A stretch of DNA of 64,000 nt from Sphingomonas sp. GTDB taxonomy: Bacteria; Pseudomonadota; Alphaproteobacteria; Sphingomonadales; Sphingomonadaceae. Below are positions 46,889 to 56,142 of this stretch, piece by piece. Every line of letters begins with the position of its first letter. Position 1 is the stretch's first letter. The stretch is from positions 303,641 to 367,640 of the forward strand of contig CBDCNF010000008.1 of assembly GCA_965219285.1 (NCBI GenBank), in the 5' to 3' direction. Both the position numbers and the translations under genes were made by a program. The notes beneath the pieces are model-generated. The model saw nothing but the letters and a program-made list of their open reading frames with translations, searched no databases and was not told the DNA's origin.

Positions 46889-49438
46889 ATGCATGGTGTT
46901 CATTCGCGGCTGGCGCTCGCGACCCTGCTGGGTACGACGATGCTCGCAGCGTCGCCCGTGTTCGCGCAGACCGAACCGAAGACGACCGATACCGCCGCCA
47001 GCGAGGTGCAGGACGACATCATCGTCACCGCGCAGAAGCGCGACGAGAATATCCAGGACGTGCCGATCAGCATTCAGGCGATCGGGACCAAGAAACTCGA
47101 TCAGCTCAACATCTCGAATTTCAACGAATATACCCAGCTTCTCCCCTCGGTCGCCTTCCAGACGCTGCAACCCGGCGCCACCACGGTCTATATGCGCGGC
47201 GTCGCATCGGGCGGCGACGGCAACCATTCTGGCTCGCTGCCGTCGGTCGGGACCTATCTCGACGAGCAGCCGGTGACGACGATCGGCGGGACGCTCGACG
47301 TCCATATCTACGATATCGCGCGGATCGAGAGCCTCGCCGGGCCGCAGGGTACGCTCTACGGTGCGTCGTCGGAGGCGGGGACGATCCGGATCATCACCAA
47401 CAAGCCCGACACCTCGGGCTTCTACGGCCGCGTCGACGGCGAGGTTAACACCGTCCATTCGGGCGGCGTCGGCGGCAAGATCGAAGGCTTTATCAACGCG
47501 CCGATCAGCCAGGACGTCGCGCTGCGCGTCGTCGGCTTCTATCAGAAGGACGCGGGCTTCATCGACAACGTGCCGGGCACGCGCACCTTCTGCGGCACGC
47601 CGACCTTCGACGGCGACGGCAACATCAACGGTTGCAACCCCGACGGGATTTCGGTCGACAACAGCCAGTTCGTCAAAAAGGACTATAACACCAACGAGAC
47701 CTATGGCGGCCGCGCCGCGCTGAAGATCGATCTCGACGACAGCTGGACCGTCACGCCGGCGGTGATCTACCAGGAGCAGCGCTCGAAGGGTAGCTTCGGC
47801 TACGATCCGCAGGTCGGCGACCTGCAGCTCCAGCATTTCTACCCCGAATATCGCCGCGAGCGGTTCGTCCAGGCGGCGCTGACGATCGAGGGCAAGATCG
47901 GTGACTGGGACGTGACCTACGCGGGTGCCTATCTCGACCGCACGACCGCGGCGTCGACCGATTATACCGATTATTCCGAAGCGTACGATTCGCTTTATGC
48001 GTCGGTCGGTGGCCTCGCCAATTATTTCTATTATCAGGACAATGCCGGCGCAACGATCGATCCGCGGCAGAACGTCCTGTCGACCGACCATTTCAAGAAG
48101 ACCAGCCAGGAAGTCCGCGTCGCCAGCCCGCAGAGCGAGCGCTTCCGCGTCGTTGCAGGTGCCTTCTACCAGCGCCAGTCGAACCTGATCCATCAGGATT
48201 ACGCCATCCCCAATCTTGGGTCTGACGTCTCGGTCAATGGCCTGCCGGGGACATTGTGGCTGACGCAGCAACACCGCGTCGACAAGGATTATGCGGTGTT
48301 CGGCGAGGCGAGCTTCGACATCCTGCCGAAACTGACCTTCACCGCGGGTGTGCGGGGATACATTTACGACAATTCGCTGATCGGGTTCTTCGGTTTCGGG
48401 CGCAATCCCAACGCCGATCCAGATGACGGGCGGCCCTTTACCGCTTTTCCGCGCAACGCCGCCGGCAGTTCGGGGACCGGCGTCGCGGGCTGCTACCTCG
48501 TCAACGGACAGACTCTCGGTGCGGTCGTGAACGATCCCGACGGCGGTCCCGTCCCGGCGCTCCTCCCGCCCGCGGTCAAGGGCGGGCCGTGCGTCAACCT
48601 CGGCGATTACGCCAATGGTGCGGTTGCCCCGCGCGACGCGCAGGGACAGGGCGCCACCTATCGTTTCAACCTGACGTGGAAACCGATCGACGACATCCTG
48701 TTCTACGGCACCTTCTCGCGCGGCTTCCGCCCCGGCGGCATCAACCGGCGCGGCGATGTCGCCGCCTACGCTGCCGATTTCCTGACCAATTACGAGATCG
48801 GCGCGAAGACGACGCTGCTGGATGGGAAGCTGCGGCTCAACGGCGCGGTCTACCAGCAGAATTGGGACGCGTTCCAATTCTCGTTCCTCGGCCAGAATAG
48901 CTTCACGATCATCCAGAACGGGCCCGACGCGCGCATTCGCGGGGTGGAGGCGGATGCCAATCTCGGTCTTGGTCCGCTGATTCTGACTGCGGCGGGCGCA
49001 TACACCGATGCGGTGACGCGCGACGATTTGTGTACGACGGTCGTCTGCAGCGGCGATCCCGCCGATGTCCTCGCGCCCAGCGGAACCCGCCTCCCGATCA
49101 CGCCGCGGTTCAAGGTGAGCGGCACCGCGCGCTACACCGTGCCGATCGGCAATGCGAACGCATACATCCAAGGGCTGGTCGCGCATCAGAGTTCCGCGTC
49201 TTCGGACGTGCGCGTCGCCAAGGCGGCCGCGCTCGGACAGTTGAAGCAATATACCACCGCCAACCTCGCGATCGGCGCCGACCTAGGCAATTACAAAGTC
49301 GAGGTGTTTGCGCAGAATCTGTGGGACGAACGCGCGCAACTGACCCGGTATCAGGAATGCGGTTCGTGCGACCAGCGGCCGTATATCGTGCCGTCGACGC
49401 CGCGCACGATCGGGATCAGGGCGGGGGTGAAGTTCTAG
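46889..49438 (+). CDS. TonB-dependent outer-membrane receptor
   Basis: 849 aa with a signal peptide, DIIVTAQKRDENIQDVPISI, IARIESLAGPQGTLYGASSEAGTIRIITNKP and the C-terminus ...IGIRAGVKF. Confidence 0.93.
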   Translation: MHGVHSRLALATLLGTTMLAASPVFAQTEPKTTDTAASEVQDDIIVTAQKRDENIQDVPISIQAIGTKKLDQLNISNFNEYTQLLPSVAFQTLQPGATTVYMRGVASGGDGNHSGSLPSVGTYLDEQPVTTIGGTLDVHIYDIARIESLAGPQGTLYGASSEAGTIRIITNKPDTSGFYGRVDGEVNTVHSGGVGGKIEGFINAPISQDVALRVVGFYQKDAGFIDNVPGTRTFCGTPTFDGDGNINGCNPDGISVDNSQFVKKDYNTNETYGGRAALKIDLDDSWTVTPAVIYQEQRSKGSFGYDPQVGDLQLQHFYPEYRRERFVQAALTIEGKIGDWDVTYAGAYLDRTTAASTDYTDYSEAYDSLYASVGGLANYFYYQDNAGATIDPRQNVLSTDHFKKTSQEVRVASPQSERFRVVAGAFYQRQSNLIHQDYAIPNLGSDVSVNGLPGTLWLTQQHRVDKDYAVFGEASFDILPKLTFTAGVRGYIYDNSLIGFFGFGRNPNADPDDGRPFTAFPRNAAGSSGTGVAGCYLVNGQTLGAVVNDPDGGPVPALLPPAVKGGPCVNLGDYANGAVAPRDAQGQGATYRFNLTWKPIDDILFYGTFSRGFRPGGINRRGDVAAYAADFLTNYEIGAKTTLLDGKLRLNGAVYQQNWDAFQFSFLGQNSFTIIQNGPDARIRGVEADANLGLGPLILTAAGAYTDAVTRDDLCTTVVCSGDPADVLAPSGTRLPITPRFKVSGTARYTVPIGNANAYIQGLVAHQSSASSDVRVAKAAALGQLKQYTTANLAIGADLGNYKVEVFAQNLWDERAQLTRYQECGSCDQRPYIVPSTPRTIGIRAGVKF

Positions 49439-49444
49439 CGCGCG

Positions 49445-50206
49445 CTACAGCGACTGCCCGTCGTCGATGTCGATCACCGCGCCGGTCATGTTCGCCGACG
49501 CATCCGATGCCAGATGCAGCAGCATCGCATCGAGCGCGCCCGCGTCCATCAGGCGGCGGCGATGCCAGCCCGCGATCTGCGCCTTGCCGCCTTCGGTCTC
49601 GAACCAGTCGCCAGAGATTTCGGTCTGGATATAGCCCGGCTGGATGACGTTGACGTTGATCCCCTGACGCACCCATTCGCGCGCGAAATTGCGCCCGAGA
49701 TGCGCGACCGCCGCCTTCGACGCGGCATAGGCGCTGTCGCCCTGCGCCGTCATGTGCGCGGTGATCGATCCGATGATGACAACGCGGCCATGCCCGCGAT
49801 CGCGCGCACCCGCCGCGATCAGCCGCTTCGCGCCTTCGCGAACTGTGAGGAACACGCCGGTGAAATTGGTGTCGATGGTCGATCGCGCCGCCGCCGCCGC
49901 GATCTCGGTCGATCGGCCACCGTTGCTCGCGCCGGCATTGGCGACGATCGTATCGACCGTCCCGAACACCGCCTCCGCACGATCGTAAGCATCGATGATC
50001 GAGGCTTCGTCGGCTACGTCGAGCGGCACCGGCAAGGCGCTATCGCCGATCCGGTTCGCAAGCTCGCGGACGCGATCGACCCGGCGCGCGCCGAGCACGA
50101 CGCGCGCGCCTGCCGCCGCCATCACGGTCGCGAAATGCGCGCCGAGGCCCGAGGAAGCGCCGGTGATCAGCGCGACGCGGCCCTCTAGCGACGGGTTCGT
50201 GGGCAT
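49445..50206 (-). CDS. SDR-family oxidoreductase
   Basis: The start is trimmed to [22 protein letters not shown], with YAASKAAV. ATGA overlap with the upstream stop. Confidence 0.85.
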   Translation of the reverse strand: MPTNPSLEGRVALITGASSGLGAHFATVMAAAGARVVLGARRVDRVRELANRIGDSALPVPLDVADEASIIDAYDRAEAVFGTVDTIVANAGASNGGRSTEIAAAAARSTIDTNFTGVFLTVREGAKRLIAAGARDRGHGRVVIIGSITAHMTAQGDSAYAASKAAVAHLGRNFAREWVRQGINVNVIQPGYIQTEISGDWFETEGGKAQIAGWHRRRLMDAGALDAMLLHLASDASANMTGAVIDIDDGQSL

Positions 50207-51429
50207 CAGAGCATTTCCTTGAGATCGACGGTGATGTCGGCCAGTCGGTCCGCGTCGGGCGCTGTGCCTTCGACGACGAGCTTGCGGCCCTGGACGTAAT
50301 CGCGGACGCGGTTGACGCAATCGAGCGCGATCACCCGCCCGGCCTTCAGATAGACGATCGAGAAACTGCGGTTCGCCGGATCGCCGCGCACGACGGTCGC
50401 GTCGTAACCGATCGACAGGCCGACGGTCTGGAGATTCAGATCGTATTGGTTGGACCAGAACCACGGTACCGCGACGAAATGCGATTCCTGATCGAGCAGG
50501 GTTCGCGCCACGGCCATCGCCTGGTCGTTGGCATTCTGGACCGATTCGACGCGGATCTGTGCATCGCCCGCAAAGCGATTGGCGTGGAGCGCGCAATCGC
50601 CGATCGCGAAGACATCGGGCAGGCTGGTGCGGCATTGCGCATCGATCGCGACACCGTTGCCACCTTCCGCGCCGGCGGCGAGCAACGGCGCGACCGCGGG
50701 TATGATGCCGATGCCGACGATCACCATCTCGCACGCAAGGACGCTGCCGTCGGCGAGCCGTACGCCCGTCGCGCGCGCGTCGCCCTCGATACATTCGACC
50801 GTGACGCCCAGCCGCAGGTCGACGCCGTGGGCGCGGTGTTCGGCTTCGTAGAAGCGCGACAGTTCCTCGCCCGCGACGCGCGCCAGCACGCGGTCGAGCG
50901 CCTCGAGCACCACCACCTGCTTGCCCAGCTTGGTGAGGACCGCCGCCGCCTCCAGCCCGATATAGCCGCCGCCGACGACCACGGCGCGTTCGACGTCGGG
51001 CATTTCGGCGATCATCCGGTCGACGTCGGCGCGGGTCCGCACGGTGTGAACACCGACGAGGTCGTTGCCGGCGCAGCCGAGCCGGCGTGGTGCTCCACCG
51101 GTCGCCCAGATCATGTGGCGGTATCCGATCGTCTCACCGGCATCGGTCGTCACGATATGCGCATCGGGATCGACCGACTCCACGCGGCACCCGGTTCGCA
51201 TCGCGATCTCGCGGACAGTCCAGAAATTTTCCGGGCGGATCATGATTCGGTCGAAGGTCTTTTCGCCCGCCAGATAGTCCTTCGACAGCGGCGGTCGCTC
51301 GTAGGGAAATTCGGGTTCGTCGCCGACGATCGCGATCGAGCCCGCGAACTTCGATTGACGAAGCGCGATCGCGGCCTGAGCGCCGCCGTGCCCGGCCCCG
51401 ACGATCAGGACGTCGTACGTGTCGGTCAA
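50206..51429 (-). CDS. FAD/NAD(P)-dependent ferredoxin (rubredoxin/putidaredoxin-type) reductase
   Basis: 407 aa reading [15 protein letters not shown]...YERPPLSK...[13 protein letters not shown]...AIGDCA.... It apparently uses a TTG start, 12 nt after the hpnL stop. Confidence 0.85.
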   Translation of the reverse strand: MTDTYDVLIVGAGHGGAQAAIALRQSKFAGSIAIVGDEPEFPYERPPLSKDYLAGEKTFDRIMIRPENFWTVREIAMRTGCRVESVDPDAHIVTTDAGETIGYRHMIWATGGAPRRLGCAGNDLVGVHTVRTRADVDRMIAEMPDVERAVVVGGGYIGLEAAAVLTKLGKQVVVLEALDRVLARVAGEELSRFYEAEHRAHGVDLRLGVTVECIEGDARATGVRLADGSVLACEMVIVGIGIIPAVAPLLAAGAEGGNGVAIDAQCRTSLPDVFAIGDCALHANRFAGDAQIRVESVQNANDQAMAVARTLLDQESHFVAVPWFWSNQYDLNLQTVGLSIGYDATVVRGDPANRSFSIVYLKAGRVIALDCVNRVRDYVQGRKLVVEGTAPDADRLADITVDLKEML

Positions 51430-51441
51430 AGCTGAATTCCC

Positions 51442-52458
51442 CTAGACGCGATCGGATGTCGCGCCTGTTGCCCGAAGACGGCGGCCCGCGTCCAGCCCGC
51501 GATACTCGCCCGCCTGCCAGGCGATGAGTGCGGGCACGCCGATCACGAGATCGCGTGCCCGCTTCAACAGCGACAGCGCCAGCGCGGTCGCAGGGGGCAC
51601 GCCGAACAGCGGGCCGATCAGCGCATAGGTCGCCTCCTGCACGCCGATCGCACCGGGGATCGCGAAGGCGACGCTGCGCAGCGTGAAGATCAGCGCCTCG
51701 AGCGCGATGACCGCAGGCAGCGTCGCGTCGGACCCCATGAAGCGTAGCGCGATCCACGCGCCCGCCGCGCTCGCAATCCAGGCGAGCAGGTTCCACAGAA
51801 AGGCCGCGATCACGCGGCGCGGTTCGCGATAGATGTCGTCGAGCCGTGTCCGCACCGCCGCCATCGCCGCGACCGATCCGGGAAGGACGCGCGCGCCGAG
51901 CTTGCCGGCGAGCCGAAGGATCGGCCGCTGCGCGAAGACAAACGCTGCCATGATCGCCACCATCCCGACGACCCCGGCGATCGCCAGCGGCACTACCCCC
52001 GCCTGCACCGGCAAATGCGTCAGCGCGAGCAGCAGCATCGCGACGCCGGCCAGCGTGAACAGCAATTGCGCCGCCATCTCGGTCGTCAGGTCGGCGATCA
52101 TCGAGGCGTAGACGGTCGGCTCGGCAACGCCCGCCGCAGTCAGCGTCCGCGCGCCGACGACCAAGCCGCCGAGTTGCGAGAACGGCAGGACATCGGTTGC
52201 GGCTTCGCGGGTCGTTCGCGCCCAGATGAACAGCCCGATACGGCCGACACCCTCGCCGGGCGCGACCGCGATCCAGGCCAGCCCGAGCAGCGTCAGCACG
52301 CCGATCGACCACAAGGTGAAGACCGCCATGCCGAGCCAGCCGATCGCGGCCATCGCTTCGAAAACCTGACGTGCGCCGACGATCCCGGTGGTGAACGCCG
52401 CGACCGCAAGGCCGATCAGGGTCAGGAGAAGGAAACCAGCGTGGGCGTATTTCTTCAT
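51442..52458 (-). CDS. hpnL: HpnL-like lysyl-PG-synthase-TM-region (flippase-like) membrane protein
   Basis: 338 aa and polytopic. Its position in the hpn cluster and its N-terminus (MKKYAHAGFLLLTLIGLAVAA...) fit hopanoid-associated HpnL. Confidence 0.7.
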   Translation of the reverse strand: MKKYAHAGFLLLTLIGLAVAAFTTGIVGARQVFEAMAAIGWLGMAVFTLWSIGVLTLLGLAWIAVAPGEGVGRIGLFIWARTTREAATDVLPFSQLGGLVVGARTLTAAGVAEPTVYASMIADLTTEMAAQLLFTLAGVAMLLLALTHLPVQAGVVPLAIAGVVGMVAIMAAFVFAQRPILRLAGKLGARVLPGSVAAMAAVRTRLDDIYREPRRVIAAFLWNLLAWIASAAGAWIALRFMGSDATLPAVIALEALIFTLRSVAFAIPGAIGVQEATYALIGPLFGVPPATALALSLLKRARDLVIGVPALIAWQAGEYRGLDAGRRLRATGATSDRV

Positions 52459-53393
52459 GCCGACGCCGGTTTACCACCGATCAAACGGAGCGCCAGCCGT
52501 ATCGCCCCCGGCACGAATTTCGGCCGCAGCAGGCGGGGGTCGTAAACCGCCAGGCGTCGGTCGTTTTCCGAAAGGCAGATCGCGGCGAGTTCGGAAAAGC
52601 TGACCTCGACGCCCAAGTCCTTCGATCCGTTCAGCGTGAAATTATTCTCCTGCGCCTTGGTGTTGCCGTTTCCCATCCCTTTGGCGATGCTGATCCGCTC
52701 GCCGATCAGGAACAGCCAGACGAGGATCACCTTTGCCTCGAACAGCGGCCGGCGCCACCACGGCATCGTCCGACGCCACCACGCCACCCAATTGACGAAG
52801 AACAGGATATGCCGTCCTTCCTCGCGCATCACCGGCTCGAACGTGTCGATCAGTTCAGCGGGGAAGAAGCCGGTGTCGCTGGCGAGCTTGAACAGGCCGA
52901 AGCCGAAGAAGCTATCGATACATTCGGAATAACCGGTGCGCAGAAAGGCAAATTCGGCGTCGCGTGGGCGGACATATCCGGGTTCGGGCTGAAGCGCGAT
53001 GCCGTACGCCGCGACCATGTCGGCGAGGACGACCTTGTGGCGGCGCTCCTCATACGCGTTCATCCCGATCGCTTCCTTGAGCAAGGGATCGTCGATCTGC
53101 TCGTTGAAGGTCTTCACGTTCATCGACGCGCGTCCCTCGGTCTGGACCGCAATGTCCCAGATCGGCAGGCTGACGATCCGGTCGCGCGTTTCGGCCGCGA
53201 GCGTCGGCCAGTGGATGAGCGCCGGATGGTAGGGATCGTGCGTGTCGAGCATCATTCGCGACAAGAGCCGGCGATGCGCGTCCGATCCCAGCGCTACCGG
53301 GCGTTCGGGGGGCGGGGGCGCTTCGAAGCTCGCGGCTGAGATCGCAAGCGGCGCAAGGTCAGGATGATGCCGCGTGGTGAGCGAAGTGGCCAT
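52455..53393 (-). CDS. ferritin-like di-iron-carboxylate protein with a hydrophobic C-terminal segment; function unknown
   Basis: 312 aa with two E...ExxH elements (NAYEERRHKV and VMREEGRHILF), then WVAWWRRTMPWWRRPLFEAKVILVWLFLIG. ATGA overlap with the hpnL start and a 35-nt overlap with the hpnK 3' end. Confidence 0.7.
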   Translation of the reverse strand: MATSLTTRHHPDLAPLAISAASFEAPPPPERPVALGSDAHRRLLSRMMLDTHDPYHPALIHWPTLAAETRDRIVSLPIWDIAVQTEGRASMNVKTFNEQIDDPLLKEAIGMNAYEERRHKVVLADMVAAYGIALQPEPGYVRPRDAEFAFLRTGYSECIDSFFGFGLFKLASDTGFFPAELIDTFEPVMREEGRHILFFVNWVAWWRRTMPWWRRPLFEAKVILVWLFLIGERISIAKGMGNGNTKAQENNFTLNGSKDLGVEVSFSELAAICLSENDRRLAVYDPRLLRPKFVPGAIRLALRLIGGKPASA

Positions 53394-54189
53394 TCGAGAT
53401 TCCTTCGCCCACGATCACTGTCTTCGCAATATCGTCGATCAACGCAGCAAGTTCATCGCGGTAGCGATAGCCCGTGGCGGCGCCGGGCCAGTCGTCGGCG
53501 GTGGCGGGGTGGGTATAGATTTCGGTGACCCCCGGCGGCAGCGCGGCCAGCGCGGCGCGCATCCGTGCGGTGTCGAAGGCGCCGGTCCAGGCGAGGCCGA
53601 CGACCTGATCGGGGACGAACAGCCCGGCGCGCCTGAGGCGACGCTGGAGCAGCCGCGCCCACAGCGCCTCGATCCCGCGATTGCCGCGCTCGATCGGCGC
53701 GCGGACGGCGCGCATGCCGTAGCGCCGCCCGACGAGCAGCACCGTCGCCGCGATCGTCGGATGGAGGTGGAAATGCTTGTGCGCATTGACGTGATCGAGC
53801 GGCAGCCCGGTCGCGGCGAAGGCGGCGAACTGCGCCTCGATTTCGCCGGCGAGTTGGCGGCGCGCGGACGGATCGAGGAAGATCCGGACCGCCATCCGCG
53901 CCATATCGGTGCGGAAACGACCATCGGTGCCGACGAGTGCGGGAATTTGCTCCGGCGGCAACGCCGGCACACCTTCGACGAGGACGAGATGGAGCCCAAC
54001 CCCCAGCATCGGCATCCGCCGCGCGCGCGCCACCGCATCGGCCACGGCGGGCGCGGCGACCATCAGGCTCGCGGCGGTAAGGATGCCGTCGCAATGCGCC
54101 TGTTCGACCGCTTCGTTGACCGCAAGGGCGGCGCCGAAATCGTCGGCGGTCACCACCAGGCGCCGCGTCGCTGGAGATTTATCCGCCAC
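53359..54189 (-). CDS. hpnK: HpnK (YdjC/ChbG-like deacetylase, hopanoid-associated)
   Basis: 276 aa reading LVVTADDFGAALAVNEAVEQAHCDGILTAASLMV...GLHLVL.... GTG start. Confidence 0.82.
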   Translation of the reverse strand: MADKSPATRRLVVTADDFGAALAVNEAVEQAHCDGILTAASLMVAAPAVADAVARARRMPMLGVGLHLVLVEGVPALPPEQIPALVGTDGRFRTDMARMAVRIFLDPSARRQLAGEIEAQFAAFAATGLPLDHVNAHKHFHLHPTIAATVLLVGRRYGMRAVRAPIERGNRGIEALWARLLQRRLRRAGLFVPDQVVGLAWTGAFDTARMRAALAALPPGVTEIYTHPATADDWPGAATGYRYRDELAALIDDIAKTVIVGEGISNGHFAHHAASS

Positions 54190-54312
54190 GCCGCCTGTCT
54201 AGCGCGGGAATCGCGGCAATTGCAGCGATCCTGTCTGAAACCTGATCGATCCGTTCATGAAACAATCAGCGCGCTCGCCCATTGTAGGGGCAGTATTGCG
54301 TAGGAGAAAAAA

Positions 54313-54627
54313 ATGAAGACGTTTTTCGCCGCGGCCCTGATGGTCGCCGTTGCCGCCCCCACCGTCGTTGCCGAGCCCGCGTTCGCGCGCGATGGCTATT
54401 GGCACACCTACAAGGGCCGGGATGGCCGGGTCCACCGCGTCTATCGCTGTAAGAAGAGCAGCGGCACGACCGGTGCGGTCGCGGGCGCGGTGGGCGGCGG
54501 CGTCGTCGGCAACGTACTCGGCGGCGGGACCGTCGGGACGATCGCAGGTGCGGTCGGTGGCGGCTTGCTCGGGCGGCACCTCGACAAGAAGCACGACGCC
54601 GCGCAGAATCGTCGCAACGGCTGTTAG
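54313..54627 (+). CDS. glycine-zipper (17-kDa-antigen-like) small secreted/outer-membrane protein
   Basis: 104 aa with a signal peptide, then GAVAGAVGGGVVGNVLGGGTVGTIAGAVGGGLLG. AGGAGA lies 6 nt upstream of the ATG. Confidence 0.8.
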   Translation: MKTFFAAALMVAVAAPTVVAEPAFARDGYWHTYKGRDGRVHRVYRCKKSSGTTGAVAGAVGGGVVGNVLGGGTVGTIAGAVGGGLLGRHLDKKHDAAQNRRNGC

Positions 54628-54683
54628 GGTTTTTCCGGACTTACCCGGCTCGCCGATTGGTTGGGCACCTGTAAAGTAAAAGT

Positions 54684-54716
54684 GGCCTCGCGCAGTTAGC
54701 GCGGGGCCGTTTTCTT
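54684..54716 (+). terminator. rho-independent terminator after the glycine-zipper gene
   Basis: GGCCTCGCGC-AGTTA-GCGCGGGGCC followed by GTTTTCTT. It abuts the hpnJ stop. Confidence 0.6.
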
Positions 54717-56142
54717 ACGCCTCGACCTGTTTGCGCCGCCGAAGGAAATCGAAAAACTCGACGCCTTCGCGCAGGCGGCGCTTCATCATGTTCCAGTCGC
54801 GCAGCATTTCCCAAACGATCGACCCGATCTTCGACGGGCGAAAATAGAAGCGTTTGTAGAATTCCTCGACCTTGTCGAAGATCACCGTCGACGACAGGTG
54901 CGGATAACTCAGTTGCGCGATCTGGTTGCCGCCATCGGTCAGCAGGTGATCGCTGCCGTCGAACCAGCCGTTTTCGGTCGCCTGTTTGTAGAGGAACGTG
55001 CCGGGATACGGCGCAGCGAGGCTGACCTGGATGGTGTGAGGGTTGATTTCCTTGGCATAATTGATCGTCTCCTCGATCGTCTCCTCGGTCTCGCCGGGAA
55101 GTCCGAGGATAAAGGTGCCGTGGATGACGATGCCAAGCGCGTGGCAATCCTTGGTGAATTGCCGCGCGATGTCGGTGCGCAGACCTTTCTTGATATTGTG
55201 CAGAATCTGTTGGTTGCCGCTTTCGTAGCCGACGAGAAGCAGGCGCAGGCCGCCCTCCTTCATTACCTTGAGCGTTTCGTAAGGGACATTGGCCTTGGCG
55301 TTGCAAGACCAGGTGACGCCGAGCTTGCCGAGTTCGCGCGCGAGTTCCTCGACGCGCGGGCGATTGTCGGTCAGCGTGTCGTCGTCGAAGAAGATTTCCT
55401 TCGTCTGCGGGATTTCGCGCTGGACGTATTTCACTTCCTCGATGACGTGCGCGATCGATCGGGTCCGGTAATTGTGCCCGCCGACGGTCTGCGGCCACAG
55501 ACAGAAGGTGCAGCGGCTCTTGCAGCCTCTGCCAGTGTAGAACGACACGTACGGGTGGAGCAGATACCCGCCGAAATACTTCTCGATCGTCAGGTCGCGC
55601 TTGTAGACCGGGGAAACGAATGGCAGCGAATCCATGTCCTCGATGACCGCGCGATCCTTGTTGTGGATGATCTCGCCAGCCGCGTTGCGCCACGAGATGC
55701 CATCCACCTCGGCAAGCGGCATGCCCTTGGCGATATCGAGGATCGTGAAATCGAATTCGTTGCGCGCGACGAAATCGATCGCGGGGGAGGCTTCCATCGA
55801 TTTCTGCGTCTCGACCGCGACCTTCGCGCCGATGAGGCCGATCATCGCGTTCGGGTTGCGCGCCTTGATGAGTTCGGCGGTGTGGACATCTTGGCGGAAA
55901 CTCGGGGTCGAGGTGTGGAGGACGACGAGTTCCTTGTCGTCGACCTCGTGCGCGATATCCTCCCAGCTCTGGTCGTGTGCGGGGGCGTCGATCAGGCGTG
56001 ACCCTTCGACCAGCGCAGCGGGCTGCGCGAGCCACGTCGGATACCAGAAAGATTTGACCTCGCGCTTCATCTGATAGCGCGCGCCGGCCCCGCCGTCGTA
56101 ACCGTCGAACGAGGGAGCCTGGAGGAACAGGGTCTTTTTCAC
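54715..56142 (-). CDS. hpnJ: HpnJ (B12-binding-domain radical SAM enzyme, hopanoid-associated)
   Basis: 475 aa with GRGCKSRCTFCLWP (CX3CX2C) and an N-terminal B12-like domain. GTG start overlapping the hpnI stop. Confidence 0.88.
   Translation of the reverse strand: MKKTLFLQAPSFDGYDGGAGARYQMKREVKSFWYPTWLAQPAALVEGSRLIDAPAHDQSWEDIAHEVDDKELVVLHTSTPSFRQDVHTAELIKARNPNAMIGLIGAKVAVETQKSMEASPAIDFVARNEFDFTILDIAKGMPLAEVDGISWRNAAGEIIHNKDRAVIEDMDSLPFVSPVYKRDLTIEKYFGGYLLHPYVSFYTGRGCKSRCTFCLWPQTVGGHNYRTRSIAHVIEEVKYVQREIPQTKEIFFDDDTLTDNRPRVEELARELGKLGVTWSCNAKANVPYETLKVMKEGGLRLLLVGYESGNQQILHNIKKGLRTDIARQFTKDCHALGIVIHGTFILGLPGETEETIEETINYAKEINPHTIQVSLAAPYPGTFLYKQATENGWFDGSDHLLTDGGNQIAQLSYPHLSSTVIFDKVEEFYKRFYFRPSKIGSIVWEMLRDWNMMKRRLREGVEFFDFLRRRKQVEA

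Noticed and set aside
46769-49249. An 826-aa minus-strand ORF.
   Set aside because: It is antisense to the second TonB-dependent receptor and has no domain signatures. It is a shadow ORF.
49436-49447. The perfect 12-nt palindrome TAGCGCGCGCTA between the TonB receptor and the SDR gene, as a possible regulatory site.
   Set aside because: It consists simply of the two convergent stop codons (TAG and CTA) around CGCGCG. It is too short and too GC-typical to support a functional claim on its own.
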